From a virus, in IMG/VR virus record IMGVR_UViG_3300032286_000710, positions 32,001-96,000 of that record: a DNA stretch of 64,000 nucleotides, one strand, 5' to 3'. The position numbers and the translations under genes are program-made. Positions 19,462-28,810 of this stretch are shown here, piece by piece (the first letter of the stretch is position 1; the number at the start of each line of letters is the position of its first letter). Under the pieces are notes generated by a model, which was not told the DNA's origin, did no database searches, and was given only the letters and a program-made list of their open reading frames with translations.

Positions 19462-20419
19462 AAGAAACAAAGATGAAGATAAGAATAAATTCGTAGCACG
19501 ATGTATTAGTAGCGATGCTATGAAGAAAGAATATCCAGATAATTCTCAAAGAGTAGCAATTTGCATGAGCCAAGCCACGGCAGATTGTGGTTGTGTAGAA
19601 TCCGCAGATTTTTATATGCAAATGGAAGCTGGATATGAAGAAGAAATTGACGAAAATAATTTCTACATTCCTGCCGAAGCAGAGTATGAAGATTTTGGCG
19701 AAGAAACAGAAGAGTGGGACATTGCTGGAGAAAGGCCGGGACTTTGGGAGAACATAAGAAAGAAGAAAGAAAGAGAAGGCAAGAATTACAAACCAGCAAA
19801 AAGAGGCGATAAAGATCGTCCAGATCCAGAGTCTTGGAAAAAGGCTCAATCTGACGATAGCATAATGGCTATTGAGCAAGTTCAAAAAATGCGTGATCAA
19901 CTTGTTGAAATAGCATCAAAGATTGATGGAATGGTTGATACTCCAATAGAATTTGAAGATTGGACTAAGGATATGATTTCTAAAGCAGAAATATATGTAC
20001 AAAATATATATGATTTTGTTAAGTATTATAGTCCAGATAAGTATGAAGATGATGACTTGTCAGAAACAGAAGCCAAGTATGAATATCAAGATCCACAAAC
20101 TGGAGAAGTCTATCAATATAGACGAAAAGGATATTATGAACGTGATGGCAGAGTTTTAATGTATATGGGAGAAGGTAGTGAATATCAAGGAAGAAAAGTT
20201 ACACTAAATAAACCCTTTAGAACTCCAGATGGTCCAAAGAAGTTTAGCGTATATGTTAAGAACGATAGGGGCAATGTAGTCAAGGTAAACTTTGGCGATC
20301 CAAATATGGAAATCAAAAAAGATATTCCAGCTAGACGTAAAAGCTTTAGAGCAAGAATGAGATGTGATAATCCTGGCCCCAAATATAAAGCAAGATATTG
20401 GGCTTGTAAGAGTTGGTAA
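19448..20419 (+). CDS. Modular hypothetical protein, probable virion-internal protein
   Basis: Chain of small modules (MPLPKR..FVARC; PGLWENIRKK; DWTKDMISKA; EYQGRKVTLNKP...ARYWACKSW) separated by acidic linkers. Confidence 0.55.
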   Translation: MPLPKRNKDEDKNKFVARCISSDAMKKEYPDNSQRVAICMSQATADCGCVESADFYMQMEAGYEEEIDENNFYIPAEAEYEDFGEETEEWDIAGERPGLWENIRKKKEREGKNYKPAKRGDKDRPDPESWKKAQSDDSIMAIEQVQKMRDQLVEIASKIDGMVDTPIEFEDWTKDMISKAEIYVQNIYDFVKYYSPDKYEDDDLSETEAKYEYQDPQTGEVYQYRRKGYYERDGRVLMYMGEGSEYQGRKVTLNKPFRTPDGPKKFSVYVKNDRGNVVKVNFGDPNMEIKKDIPARRKSFRARMRCDNPGPKYKARYWACKSW

Positions 20420-20433
20420 CTTGAGGAGTAAAA

Positions 20434-21012
20434 ATGCCTTCTTTGAATAAAGATTTTATATTACAACTAAAAGATAACTATAAAAACTATAGTAATTTTA
20501 TAGAAACTGGTACATATATGGGTCAAACTATAATGGAAATGGAACCCATGTTTGAAAAATTATATACTATAGAAATTAAAGAAGATATTTATAATACTAC
20601 AAAAAATACTTATTCTGGAAACAAGATAGAATTTATACTTGGGGATAGTTCCACAGAATTAAAAAAGTTACTCCCCAAAATAATTGGTAAATCGTTAATT
20701 TTTTTAGATGGTCACTGGAGTGCTGGGGACACCGGAAAAGGTGTAAAAGATTGTCCACTAATAGAAGAAATTGATAGCATAAATTTATATCATAAAGATA
20801 AAGCAATTGTGATTATAGATGATGTTAGATTATTTGGCATGGGGCCAAACAAAAACAATGAAGTATGCAATTGGGAAGATATAGAAGTTAATAAAATACT
20901 AGATACTCTAAATAATAGGATAACAGATTATTATTATTTACCAAGTGAATTTTTTGAAAAAGACAGATTAGTATTACATATAACTGGAGAAAATTATGAA
21001 CAAAATAGATGA
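20434..21012 (+). CDS. Class I SAM-dependent methyltransferase-like protein
   Basis: [29 protein letters not shown]. Confidence 0.75.
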   Translation: MPSLNKDFILQLKDNYKNYSNFIETGTYMGQTIMEMEPMFEKLYTIEIKEDIYNTTKNTYSGNKIEFILGDSSTELKKLLPKIIGKSLIFLDGHWSAGDTGKGVKDCPLIEEIDSINLYHKDKAIVIIDDVRLFGMGPNKNNEVCNWEDIEVNKILDTLNNRITDYYYLPSEFFEKDRLVLHITGENYEQNR

Positions 21013-21523
21013 TCTTTTAGAACAGCAGTCACAAGCACAAGAAGTAGTAGTAGTTGGTTATTCTAGTGACCAAGTAATTGAATTACTAAAAAAATCTTTG
21101 AATATTCACTGGCAGCAGACAACTGTTTTAACTGCACAAGCAGAACATCTTGAACGATGGGGTTATAAGAAATTAGCAGCAGTTATTAAGGCAGATTCTA
21201 GACAAGAACAAGAACATGCTGCTATTAATATCAAAAGGCTTGAATTTTTTGATGCCGATTATCAACCATTAATAGTAAGTCCACCATCTTGGAAGAGGCA
21301 CGATATGGTGGCCATGATTGAATACAATCTTAATTCAGTCAGAGAAGCATCAGTCGCTGAAAGAAACACAATTGTTGCTGCTAGGGCGGTTGGAGATGAA
21401 ATTACTGCTAATATGATGATTCCATTATTACAGGGCAGTGAAGATGGAATTGAATTATATGAGGGCTATTTAAAGCTTATTGAAGAAATGGGTCTTGATA
21501 ACTTCTTGAGTATACAGGTTTAG
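20996..21523 (+). CDS. Bacterioferritin-like protein with degenerate ferroxidase centre
   Basis: WGYKKLA...EQEHA...KRL and C-terminal [11 protein letters not shown] match the Bfr pattern (WGLKRL..EMKHA..ERI; LIQKMGLQNYL). Confidence 0.8.
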   Translation: MNKIDDLLEQQSQAQEVVVVGYSSDQVIELLKKSLNIHWQQTTVLTAQAEHLERWGYKKLAAVIKADSRQEQEHAAINIKRLEFFDADYQPLIVSPPSWKRHDMVAMIEYNLNSVREASVAERNTIVAARAVGDEITANMMIPLLQGSEDGIELYEGYLKLIEEMGLDNFLSIQV

Positions 21524-21531
21524 TAGTTTTG

Positions 21532-21573
21532 CTTGGGGGTCATATTGACTTATGGCCCCCAAGATGGTATAAT
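21532..21573 (+). promoter_or_regulatory. Consensus sigma70 promoter (TTGACT-17bp-TGnTATAAT) embedded in a 13-bp inverted repeat
   Basis: -35 at 21545-21550 is the loop of CTTGGGGGTCATA/TATGGCCCCCAAG (21532-21563); -10 at 21568-21573. Confidence 0.8.
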
Positions 21574-21610
21574 AAGTTGTTGATCTCTTGATTTTGAAAT
21601 AAGGAAATAT

Positions 21611-23236
21611 ATGAATTGGTTCCCGTTGAAGAATTTTACTCATTATAGTTTGCTCAAGGGGTATTCCAAACCAGAAGAATTAGCAAAGAAATGCAAGGAT
21701 AATGGATATCCAGCATGTGGCATTTGTGATTATAAAACATTATCTGGTGCAGTTGCCTTCTATAAAGCTTGCAAGAAGCAAGGCATAAAGCCAATCATTG
21801 GATGCTCGTTTGATTTTGCTACACTTTTTGCCAAGAACAAAGATGGGTGGTACGAGTTAATTGAGATGGTTTCATCACTAGATGAAAATGGTAAGTTACC
21901 AGAGCAATATGACAATACAAATATCAGTAAAAATTTGATTAGTGTCTATAATGCTCCTACTGAATTAATGCCTATTAGTTATTATACAAATAGGGAAGAT
22001 GCCAAACTTCACAGAATATTATTATGTTCTGACATGAAGACTACGCTACCAAGAATAAAGAAGTGCATTAGGCCAGATAACAAGGGTGGTCTAAATATAG
22101 ATTCAAAATATCCAGAAGAGCATATGGATAAATTAGTATATTTTATGCAAGATTCTTTTTACGTCAAAGACAAGGATGAATCTAAGGGGTTAGACTCGTC
22201 TAAACTAAAAGAGATTTATGACCAGTGCGAAGACTATGATATTCTTAGCAAGCCAATGCTACCTAAATTTGAATGTCCAAAAGGGGCATCAGAAGAAGAT
22301 TATCTCAAAGAACTATGCCGTATTGGCTGGAAGAAAATACTAATAGATCAAAATAAGGTATCAAAAGAAGAAGATAAGCAGAAGTATTTGAGTAGATTCA
22401 AGGAAGAGTTTGATGTTATTAAAGATGCTAATCTATTCGGATATTTTCTTATTGTTCGTGATATTATAAAGCACGTTAATGATATGGGTTGGTTATCTGG
22501 TCCCGGTAGAGGATCTGCCGCAGGGTGTTTAATCTCATATTTAATTGGTATCACAAAGATTGACCCAATAGAGTTTGACCTTCTATTTGCACGATTTTAT
22601 AACGCTGGAAGAAATAGTGCTGATCATATATCTCTACCAGATATTGATATAGACGTTCCCGGTACTAAACGTGATGAAATTATCGCATATCTAAAGGATA
22701 AATATGGTCATAGTCGAGTCAGTCAAATGTTAACGTTTGGCAGACTTCAAGGCAAAAGTGCTATCAAAGAAGTCTTGCGTGTTAATGAGGCTTGTTCATT
22801 CTCTGAAATGAATGCTATAAGTAATTGTATTCCAGATGAAGCAAAGATTTCAGACCAGTTAGCAGAAATGGATGATGAAGATCGTTCTATTATTAAATGG
22901 GCATTAATCAACAACTCTGAGGATCTAAGAGATTTCTGTAGAATATCAGAAGATGGTAAACTTGAGGGTGAATACGCAGAATATTTTGAACAAGCTATTC
23001 AGATAGAGGGAACATTCAAAACTCAGGGAAAACACGCTGCCGGTGTAGTAATTTCAGCAGAGCCACTTCAAAAGGTATGCCCAATGGTAAAACAAAAAGG
23101 TTCATCAGAAAAGGTGGCTGGACTTGAAATGGCAGACTTAGAGGCATTAGGCCACGTAAAGTTTGACGTTCTAGGAATTAATTTGCTAGATAAAATTATG
23201 AAGATTGAAGAACTAACAGGAGTATCTAATGGCTAA
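21611..23236 (+). CDS. dnaE: DNA polymerase III alpha (DnaE) N-terminal part: degenerate PHP domain plus palm/thumb
   Basis: THYSLL, GPGRGSAAG, PDIDID, HAAGVVI, KFDVLG; stops shortly after KFDVLG. Confidence 0.92.
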   Translation: MNWFPLKNFTHYSLLKGYSKPEELAKKCKDNGYPACGICDYKTLSGAVAFYKACKKQGIKPIIGCSFDFATLFAKNKDGWYELIEMVSSLDENGKLPEQYDNTNISKNLISVYNAPTELMPISYYTNREDAKLHRILLCSDMKTTLPRIKKCIRPDNKGGLNIDSKYPEEHMDKLVYFMQDSFYVKDKDESKGLDSSKLKEIYDQCEDYDILSKPMLPKFECPKGASEEDYLKELCRIGWKKILIDQNKVSKEEDKQKYLSRFKEEFDVIKDANLFGYFLIVRDIIKHVNDMGWLSGPGRGSAAGCLISYLIGITKIDPIEFDLLFARFYNAGRNSADHISLPDIDIDVPGTKRDEIIAYLKDKYGHSRVSQMLTFGRLQGKSAIKEVLRVNEACSFSEMNAISNCIPDEAKISDQLAEMDDEDRSIIKWALINNSEDLRDFCRISEDGKLEGEYAEYFEQAIQIEGTFKTQGKHAAGVVISAEPLQKVCPMVKQKGSSEKVAGLEMADLEALGHVKFDVLGINLLDKIMKIEELTGVSNG

Positions 23237-23909
23237 TAGAGACTATATTATATTTGATTTTGAAACAGGATCACGTAATCCACACAAAACACAACCAACA
23301 CAAATTGCTGCTATTGCTTTAGATGGAAGAACATTGCAGATGAAGGGTCAATTCAATAGTGAAATCAAGCCTATTTTTGATGATGAAAAGGCTATAGCGG
23401 CTGGATTTGATCCTGTACAAGATGAAGCTTTAAAGATAACGAAGAAAACAAGAGAACAATTAGAATTAGCACCATCTTTAAAGTCTGTGTGGAATAAATT
23501 TACAAAATTTGTTGATCAGTACAATTGGAAGGGTGAACCATTTTTTAATCCTATCCCCGTTGGTTTTAATATAATTGGCTTTGATATGCACATTATACAT
23601 AGACTATGCAAGGAATTTGGACCTTGGGACAAAGAGAGAGAACAGCAAAAACTATTTAGTAGAGTCTATAAGATAGATATTATGGATAGTGTATTTGCTT
23701 GGACAGAAAGCGATCCAAGTGTTAGGTCTATAAGTATGGACTCATTACGCGAGAGAATGGGCTTGAGTTTTGATAATGCTCACGATGCTCTACAGGACGT
23801 TAAAGATGAGGCAAATATATTTATTAAGCTTATGAAGACTCATCGTGCGGTGTATCAGAACATGAATTTTGATAAGGCGTTTGCTGATGGAAATTTGTAT
23901 GTTAAATAA
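23229..23909 (+). CDS. DEDDh 3'-5' exonuclease (DnaQ/epsilon-like)
   Basis: ExoI DFETG, ExoII FNIIGFD, ExoIII HDALQD; AGGAG Shine-Dalgarno at 23218-23222. Confidence 0.9.
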   Translation: MANRDYIIFDFETGSRNPHKTQPTQIAAIALDGRTLQMKGQFNSEIKPIFDDEKAIAAGFDPVQDEALKITKKTREQLELAPSLKSVWNKFTKFVDQYNWKGEPFFNPIPVGFNIIGFDMHIIHRLCKEFGPWDKEREQQKLFSRVYKIDIMDSVFAWTESDPSVRSISMDSLRERMGLSFDNAHDALQDVKDEANIFIKLMKTHRAVYQNMNFDKAFADGNLYVK

Positions 23910-25470
23910 TTTAGACTATAATGATAAAGCAACTTGGCAACTGTTCGCAGAAGGCAAGACTAAGGGAATCTTTCAATTAGAAAGCAACCTTGGAAAATCA
24001 TGGTCTAAAAAATTAGCACCGACCAATATTGAAGAACTATCAGCACTAATTGCTATTATTAGGCCGGGAACCTTAAAAGCAATTGTTGATGGTAAAAGTA
24101 TGACACAGCATTACGTTGACCGTAAGCATGTTAGAGAAGAAGTAACATATCTTCATCCCGCATTAGAAGATATTTTAAAGCCAACATATGGCGTTCTTGT
24201 ATATCAAGAGCAGTCAATGCGTATAGCAGAAAAAATCGCTGGTTTTAATTTACAAGAGGCAGACGTTCTTCGTAAGGCTATTGGAAAGAAGAAAGCCGAT
24301 CTTATGAATGAAGTCAAAAAATCATTTATAGCGGGGGCAGAGCGTGTTGGAATCGTAAATAAGGAGAACGCGGAAGAAATCTTCGGATGGATTGAGAAAT
24401 CATCAAGATATGCATTCAATAAATCTCACAGTGTTTCATATGCTGTATGTTCTTATTGGAGTGCATATTTTAAGGCTCATAATACCAAGGAATTCTTTTT
24501 ATCTTATCTCTTTTATGCAAATGAAAAGCAAGATCCACATCAAGAAGTTTATGAATTGATATCTGAAGCTAAACTATTTGATATTGAGACAAGAACTCCA
24601 AGCTTAACGAACTTTGAAAGAAAGTTCAATATTAAACGTGGTAAGATATACTTTGGTATTAAAGATATAAAGTCACTAACTGGTGCAACCGGAGATAAGT
24701 TAATAGAGACTATAACTGAAGCAGAGAAGACTTTGAGTAAGCCAGTAAAGGAATTTACTTGGCTTGAAATTTTACTTTTTATAGGATCAAATATTAGCTC
24801 TACTGCATTCAAGGCTTTAGCTTCCATAGGATTCTTTAGGAATTTCAAAGGTAATGTTACTAGAAATAAAGCCCTTTATGATTATGAAATTTACAGAACT
24901 CTCACTAAAGCAGAACAAACTTGGATATTAAATCATTATAATGATAAAAAGTGGGATTCTTTTGTGGATTGTTTGAGAGATTTAGCACCAACTAAAAAAG
25001 AGGGCGGTGGAACTAGCAAAGCTGACAGGAAGCAGGCTATAGAAAATGAGATACAACTATTAGTAAGTCCACCATATGATCTAGAGGACGATCCAACTTG
25101 GATTATAGATCAAGAAGTTAAATTTTTAGGTTGTCCTGTTACAATGACAAAGGTGGAGACTTCTGATACGTCTGCCGCAAATACTACTTGCAAAGAAATA
25201 ATCAATGGCAAGAAGGGTAAGGATATGTGTATAGTAGCCAACATTCAAAGATTATCAGATTACACAATTAATAAGGGTGAATCTAAAGGTCAGGTAATGT
25301 CATTTCTAACAATAGAAGATGATACGTGCATACTTGATAGTGTTATAGTGTTCCCTAAGACCCGAGAAAAATATAAATATATTCTATATGAAGGAAACAA
25401 CTTAATTTTCTGTGGGTCAGTAAGTGATAAAGACACATCATTTATAGTAGATAAGATTCACGAAATTTAA
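23899..25470 (+). CDS. dnaE: DNA polymerase III alpha (DnaE) C-terminal part: fingers, HhH, OB fold
   Basis: GIFQLES, IRPG, YGVLVYQEQ, LRKAIGKK, YAFNKSH, MSFLTIED; start ATG 23899 (or 23887). Confidence 0.92.
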   Translation: MLNNLDYNDKATWQLFAEGKTKGIFQLESNLGKSWSKKLAPTNIEELSALIAIIRPGTLKAIVDGKSMTQHYVDRKHVREEVTYLHPALEDILKPTYGVLVYQEQSMRIAEKIAGFNLQEADVLRKAIGKKKADLMNEVKKSFIAGAERVGIVNKENAEEIFGWIEKSSRYAFNKSHSVSYAVCSYWSAYFKAHNTKEFFLSYLFYANEKQDPHQEVYELISEAKLFDIETRTPSLTNFERKFNIKRGKIYFGIKDIKSLTGATGDKLIETITEAEKTLSKPVKEFTWLEILLFIGSNISSTAFKALASIGFFRNFKGNVTRNKALYDYEIYRTLTKAEQTWILNHYNDKKWDSFVDCLRDLAPTKKEGGGTSKADRKQAIENEIQLLVSPPYDLEDDPTWIIDQEVKFLGCPVTMTKVETSDTSAANTTCKEIINGKKGKDMCIVANIQRLSDYTINKGESKGQVMSFLTIEDDTCILDSVIVFPKTREKYKYILYEGNNLIFCGSVSDKDTSFIVDKIHEI

Positions 25471-25473
25471 CGG

Positions 25474-25502
25474 TTGTTTTTTTAATCAGTCGCTGCTAAT
25501 AT
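25474..25502 (+). promoter_or_regulatory. Possible promoter TTGTTT-17bp-TGnTAATAT upstream of ssb and the glycan cluster
   Basis: Intergenic position, 17-bp spacer, extended -10; GAGGAG Shine-Dalgarno follows. Confidence 0.4.
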
Positions 25503-25522
25503 ATTAAGATGAGGAGACTAGA

Positions 25523-25834
25523 ATGAATATGTGTTCTTTTACGGGATACTTGGTTGAAAACCCAAGAATCTCTATGGTTGGAGATGTGGTTTTGGCGGAA
25601 TTTGTTATGGTGATATATACTTATCGCAAAACAAAAACCGGTGAAAAGAATAGAATTCCAACATATATACATTGTGAAGCTTGGCATACCGGTGCTGAGA
25701 CTTTAGAAAAGTATGCCACGCAAGGCACTAAGTTAGTTATTCATGCCTCTGCTAAAAATCCAGAAAAGGATAATGAAGATATTGTTTTTAGAATTAACGA
25801 GTTTGATTTCTGTCACAAGGACTTTGAAGACTGA
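25523..25834 (+). CDS. ssb: Single-stranded DNA-binding protein (short)
   Basis: MNMCSFTGYLVENP, TYIHCEAW, GTKLVI; acidic C-terminus DFED. Confidence 0.8.
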   Translation: MNMCSFTGYLVENPRISMVGDVVLAEFVMVIYTYRKTKTGEKNRIPTYIHCEAWHTGAETLEKYATQGTKLVIHASAKNPEKDNEDIVFRINEFDFCHKDFED

Positions 25835-27501
25835 TGAGAAAACCAAGAATATTATTTTGTAGCGAAGCTACGTTTTTAAATACTGGTTATGCAACATATA
25901 CCAGAGAAATATTAAACTATCTACACGGTACTGGAAAATACGAGATAGCTGAAATGGCTTCTTACGGAGAGCGTAATGACCCAAGAGCAAAAGATATACC
26001 TTGGAAATTCTACGGGGTAGTTCCAGACTCCACTTGTTCAGAAGAAGAAAAAAATCAATACTCACAGTATCCAACTGCACAATTTGGTGAAATGATTTTT
26101 GAGCATGTGTGTTTAGACTTTTTGCCAGATGTTGTTTGTGATATACGAGACTTTTGGATGTTGGATTTTGCTGAAAGATCACCATTTAGACCATATTTTA
26201 AATGGTGCATAATGCCAACAGTTGATGCTAGGCCACAGGCCAGACAGTGGGTTGCAACCTATAAATCAGCAGATGCCTGTTTAACATATTCAGAATGGGC
26301 TGGAGAAGTATTAAAACAACAGTCTGGTGATAAGATAAACTATATTGGCATTTCTCCACCGTCAGCACACGGTGCTTACCAACCCATAGAAGATAAGGCC
26401 GGGCTTAGAGCATCTATGGGAATTAATCCAGAGGCTAAAATCATTGGGACCGTCATGAGAAATCAGCGACGAAAATTATACCCAGATCTATTTCAAGCTT
26501 TTAGACTTTTGCTAGATAGCGTTGAAGACAATACTGATTATTATTTATATTGTCACACAAGTTATCCAGATTTGGGTTGGGATATTCCAGAGCTATTACA
26601 ACAATATCAATTATCATCTAAGGTATATTTTACATATATCTGTGGTCAAACTGGAAAACCGTTCCCATCGTTATTTAAGGGTGCTATTGCACAATCCCCT
26701 TACACTGGACAATTTGGGGCATCATTATCAAACGTAAAGCACGGCGTAGAATATGAAGACCTTTCCAAGATAATAAACTTATTTGATCTATATGTTCAGT
26801 ATGCTAACTGTGAAGGTTTTGGTCTGCCACAAGTAGAAGCCGCCGCATGTGGAGTACCAGTAATGGCTACAGATTATTCTGCTATGGAAAGCGTAGTAAG
26901 AAATCTAGGTGGTACTCCGCTCACTCCAAAAGCACTATATAAGGAACTTGAAACTGGTTGTTTTAGGGCGGTTCCAGACAATGTATTAGCAGCACAAAAG
27001 TTCAAAGAGTTTTTCGAACAACCAGCTAGTATAAGAAGAAGACTTGGATTTGATACTAGGCAAGCATTTTTAAAGCATTACCAATGGGATAAAAGTGGTA
27101 AAGCTTGGGAAAATTATTTTGATAGCATTGAAATATCAGAGACTTTTGATTCTTGGAGACAACCCTCTAGAATAAAAGAACCCCAACCAAAACCCGACAA
27201 GTTACCAGATAATGTTAGTCATCAAGATATATCTAGGTGGTTAATCTCAGAAGTTTTGTGTGAGCCAGAAAAGACAAATTCTTATATAGAATCTAGACTA
27301 GTAAGAGATTTAATGTATAGAAATTCCATGGCAACTACTGGCGGAATGTATTTCAATGAAAGTTCTGCTGTATTTGATGGGAAACAAACAAGAAACCCGT
27401 TTGATTTTGATATAGCGTATGATCAAATGGTAAATCTTTGCAATAGAAGAAATTTTTGGGAAAACAAGAGGCTTGAAATGTTGAAAGCTAGGGGCATGTA
27501 A
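25834..27501 (+). CDS. Glycosyltransferase family 4 (GT-B)
   Basis: TGYA, RNQRRK, EGFGLPQVEAAACGVPV. Confidence 0.88.
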   Translation: MRKPRILFCSEATFLNTGYATYTREILNYLHGTGKYEIAEMASYGERNDPRAKDIPWKFYGVVPDSTCSEEEKNQYSQYPTAQFGEMIFEHVCLDFLPDVVCDIRDFWMLDFAERSPFRPYFKWCIMPTVDARPQARQWVATYKSADACLTYSEWAGEVLKQQSGDKINYIGISPPSAHGAYQPIEDKAGLRASMGINPEAKIIGTVMRNQRRKLYPDLFQAFRLLLDSVEDNTDYYLYCHTSYPDLGWDIPELLQQYQLSSKVYFTYICGQTGKPFPSLFKGAIAQSPYTGQFGASLSNVKHGVEYEDLSKIINLFDLYVQYANCEGFGLPQVEAAACGVPVMATDYSAMESVVRNLGGTPLTPKALYKELETGCFRAVPDNVLAAQKFKEFFEQPASIRRRLGFDTRQAFLKHYQWDKSGKAWENYFDSIEISETFDSWRQPSRIKEPQPKPDKLPDNVSHQDISRWLISEVLCEPEKTNSYIESRLVRDLMYRNSMATTGGMYFNESSAVFDGKQTRNPFDFDIAYDQMVNLCNRRNFWENKRLEMLKARGM

Positions 27502-28145
27502 TGTATAATGCACAAACATATCAAGATCTTTTTGTAAACAAGTTATTAGATATAGACAATGGATATTTTGTTGATATAGGTGCTGGAACCGGCGGATTAC
27601 CACTATATAGCCCCGGTTTTTATAGTAATACATATTTTTTTGAGAGTCGTGGCTGGCGGGGAATAGCAATAGATTACGATCAGAATTATATAAAATCAGT
27701 AGAGGGTTTTAGAAAAGCAAAATGTATTCTTGCTGATTTAAACTTTGTAAATATAAATACAATATTGGAGTCTAATAATTGCCCAGAAGAAATAGACTAT
27801 CTATCTATGGACGTAGATGATGTTCAATTCAAAGTGTTTAATGATTTCAATTTTGAAAAATATAAGTTCAAGGTGCTAACACTAGAGCATAATCTATTTC
27901 AGTCATTTTCAGAGTGTAACCAAGATCATACAGTAGAATATAAAAATAAAATAGTAAAAGAATACAAAGAATATAGATCAAAATTGCAAGACTTGGGCTA
28001 TAAAATACTTTGGGGCAATATTATATTAGATGGTTACGGACCAGTGGAAGATTGGTATGTAAATCAAGACATATATGAGAAATATAAATATTTAGAAGCA
28101 GAAAACATAAATTGTAAAGAGGTAATAAATGCTATTTTTAGATGA
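27501..28145 (+). CDS. FkbM-like methyltransferase
   Basis: FVDIGAG, SNTYFFE..GWRGI, IDYLSMDVD, TLEHN. Confidence 0.8.
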   Translation: MYNAQTYQDLFVNKLLDIDNGYFVDIGAGTGGLPLYSPGFYSNTYFFESRGWRGIAIDYDQNYIKSVEGFRKAKCILADLNFVNINTILESNNCPEEIDYLSMDVDDVQFKVFNDFNFEKYKFKVLTLEHNLFQSFSECNQDHTVEYKNKIVKEYKEYRSKLQDLGYKILWGNIILDGYGPVEDWYVNQDIYEKYKYLEAENINCKEVINAIFR

Positions 28146-28809
28146 CATTAAAAAAACTCATGATAAAATAACTAATATTTTTGAAATAGGCGCACACCGT
28201 GGTTATGACATTGACGATATAGTAAAATATTGGCCAGAAGCAAATGTCTATGCTTTTGAGGCAGATCCATTCAATTATGATATATGCAAGAAAAGATGTG
28301 AACAATATAAGAATGTTTCTGTATTTAACTTGGCTGTGACTGATGAAAATGGACAAATCACATTTAATAGATTTTGTGATATAGAAAAAATTCCAGATAG
28401 TGCTACATTTGAAGGTTCTAACATGCAATTTACTGGATGTGGATCTATCAAAAAGCCCGGTGATGGTTTAAAGAATATATACAATATCAATGAAGTTACC
28501 CAAGAAATAGTTGTGGATGCCATCACTTTAGAACATTTTTGCAAATCAAACAATATATCATCTATAGATGCTCTTTTTATGGATGTTCAAGGGGCAGAAA
28601 TGAACGTATTAAATGGATGCAAAAATTTACTCAATACTACAAAAGCGATGACATTAGAATGGTCAACAAACAGAGTTTTATACGATGGAGAAACTGATTT
28701 TACAGTAATAAAATTATTTCTTGAAAGCATAGGTTTAACCGAACAGTGTAGAGAATATCAAATATACGGTTTGAATGGGGATTCATTGTTTGTAAGATTG
28801 GAGTCATGA
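28129..28809 (+). CDS. FkbM-family methyltransferase
   Basis: IFEIGAHRG, FEADP, MDVQGAE. Confidence 0.88.
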   Translation: MLFLDDIKKTHDKITNIFEIGAHRGYDIDDIVKYWPEANVYAFEADPFNYDICKKRCEQYKNVSVFNLAVTDENGQITFNRFCDIEKIPDSATFEGSNMQFTGCGSIKKPGDGLKNIYNINEVTQEIVVDAITLEHFCKSNNISSIDALFMDVQGAEMNVLNGCKNLLNTTKAMTLEWSTNRVLYDGETDFTVIKLFLESIGLTEQCREYQIYGLNGDSLFVRLES

Positions 28810-28810
28810 A

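Noticed and set aside
23200-23910. Intein, group I/II intron or programmed frameshift rejoining dnaE
   Set aside because: No intein terminal motifs, no non-coding space for ribozyme structure, no obvious slippery heptamer, and the exonuclease has its own RBS.
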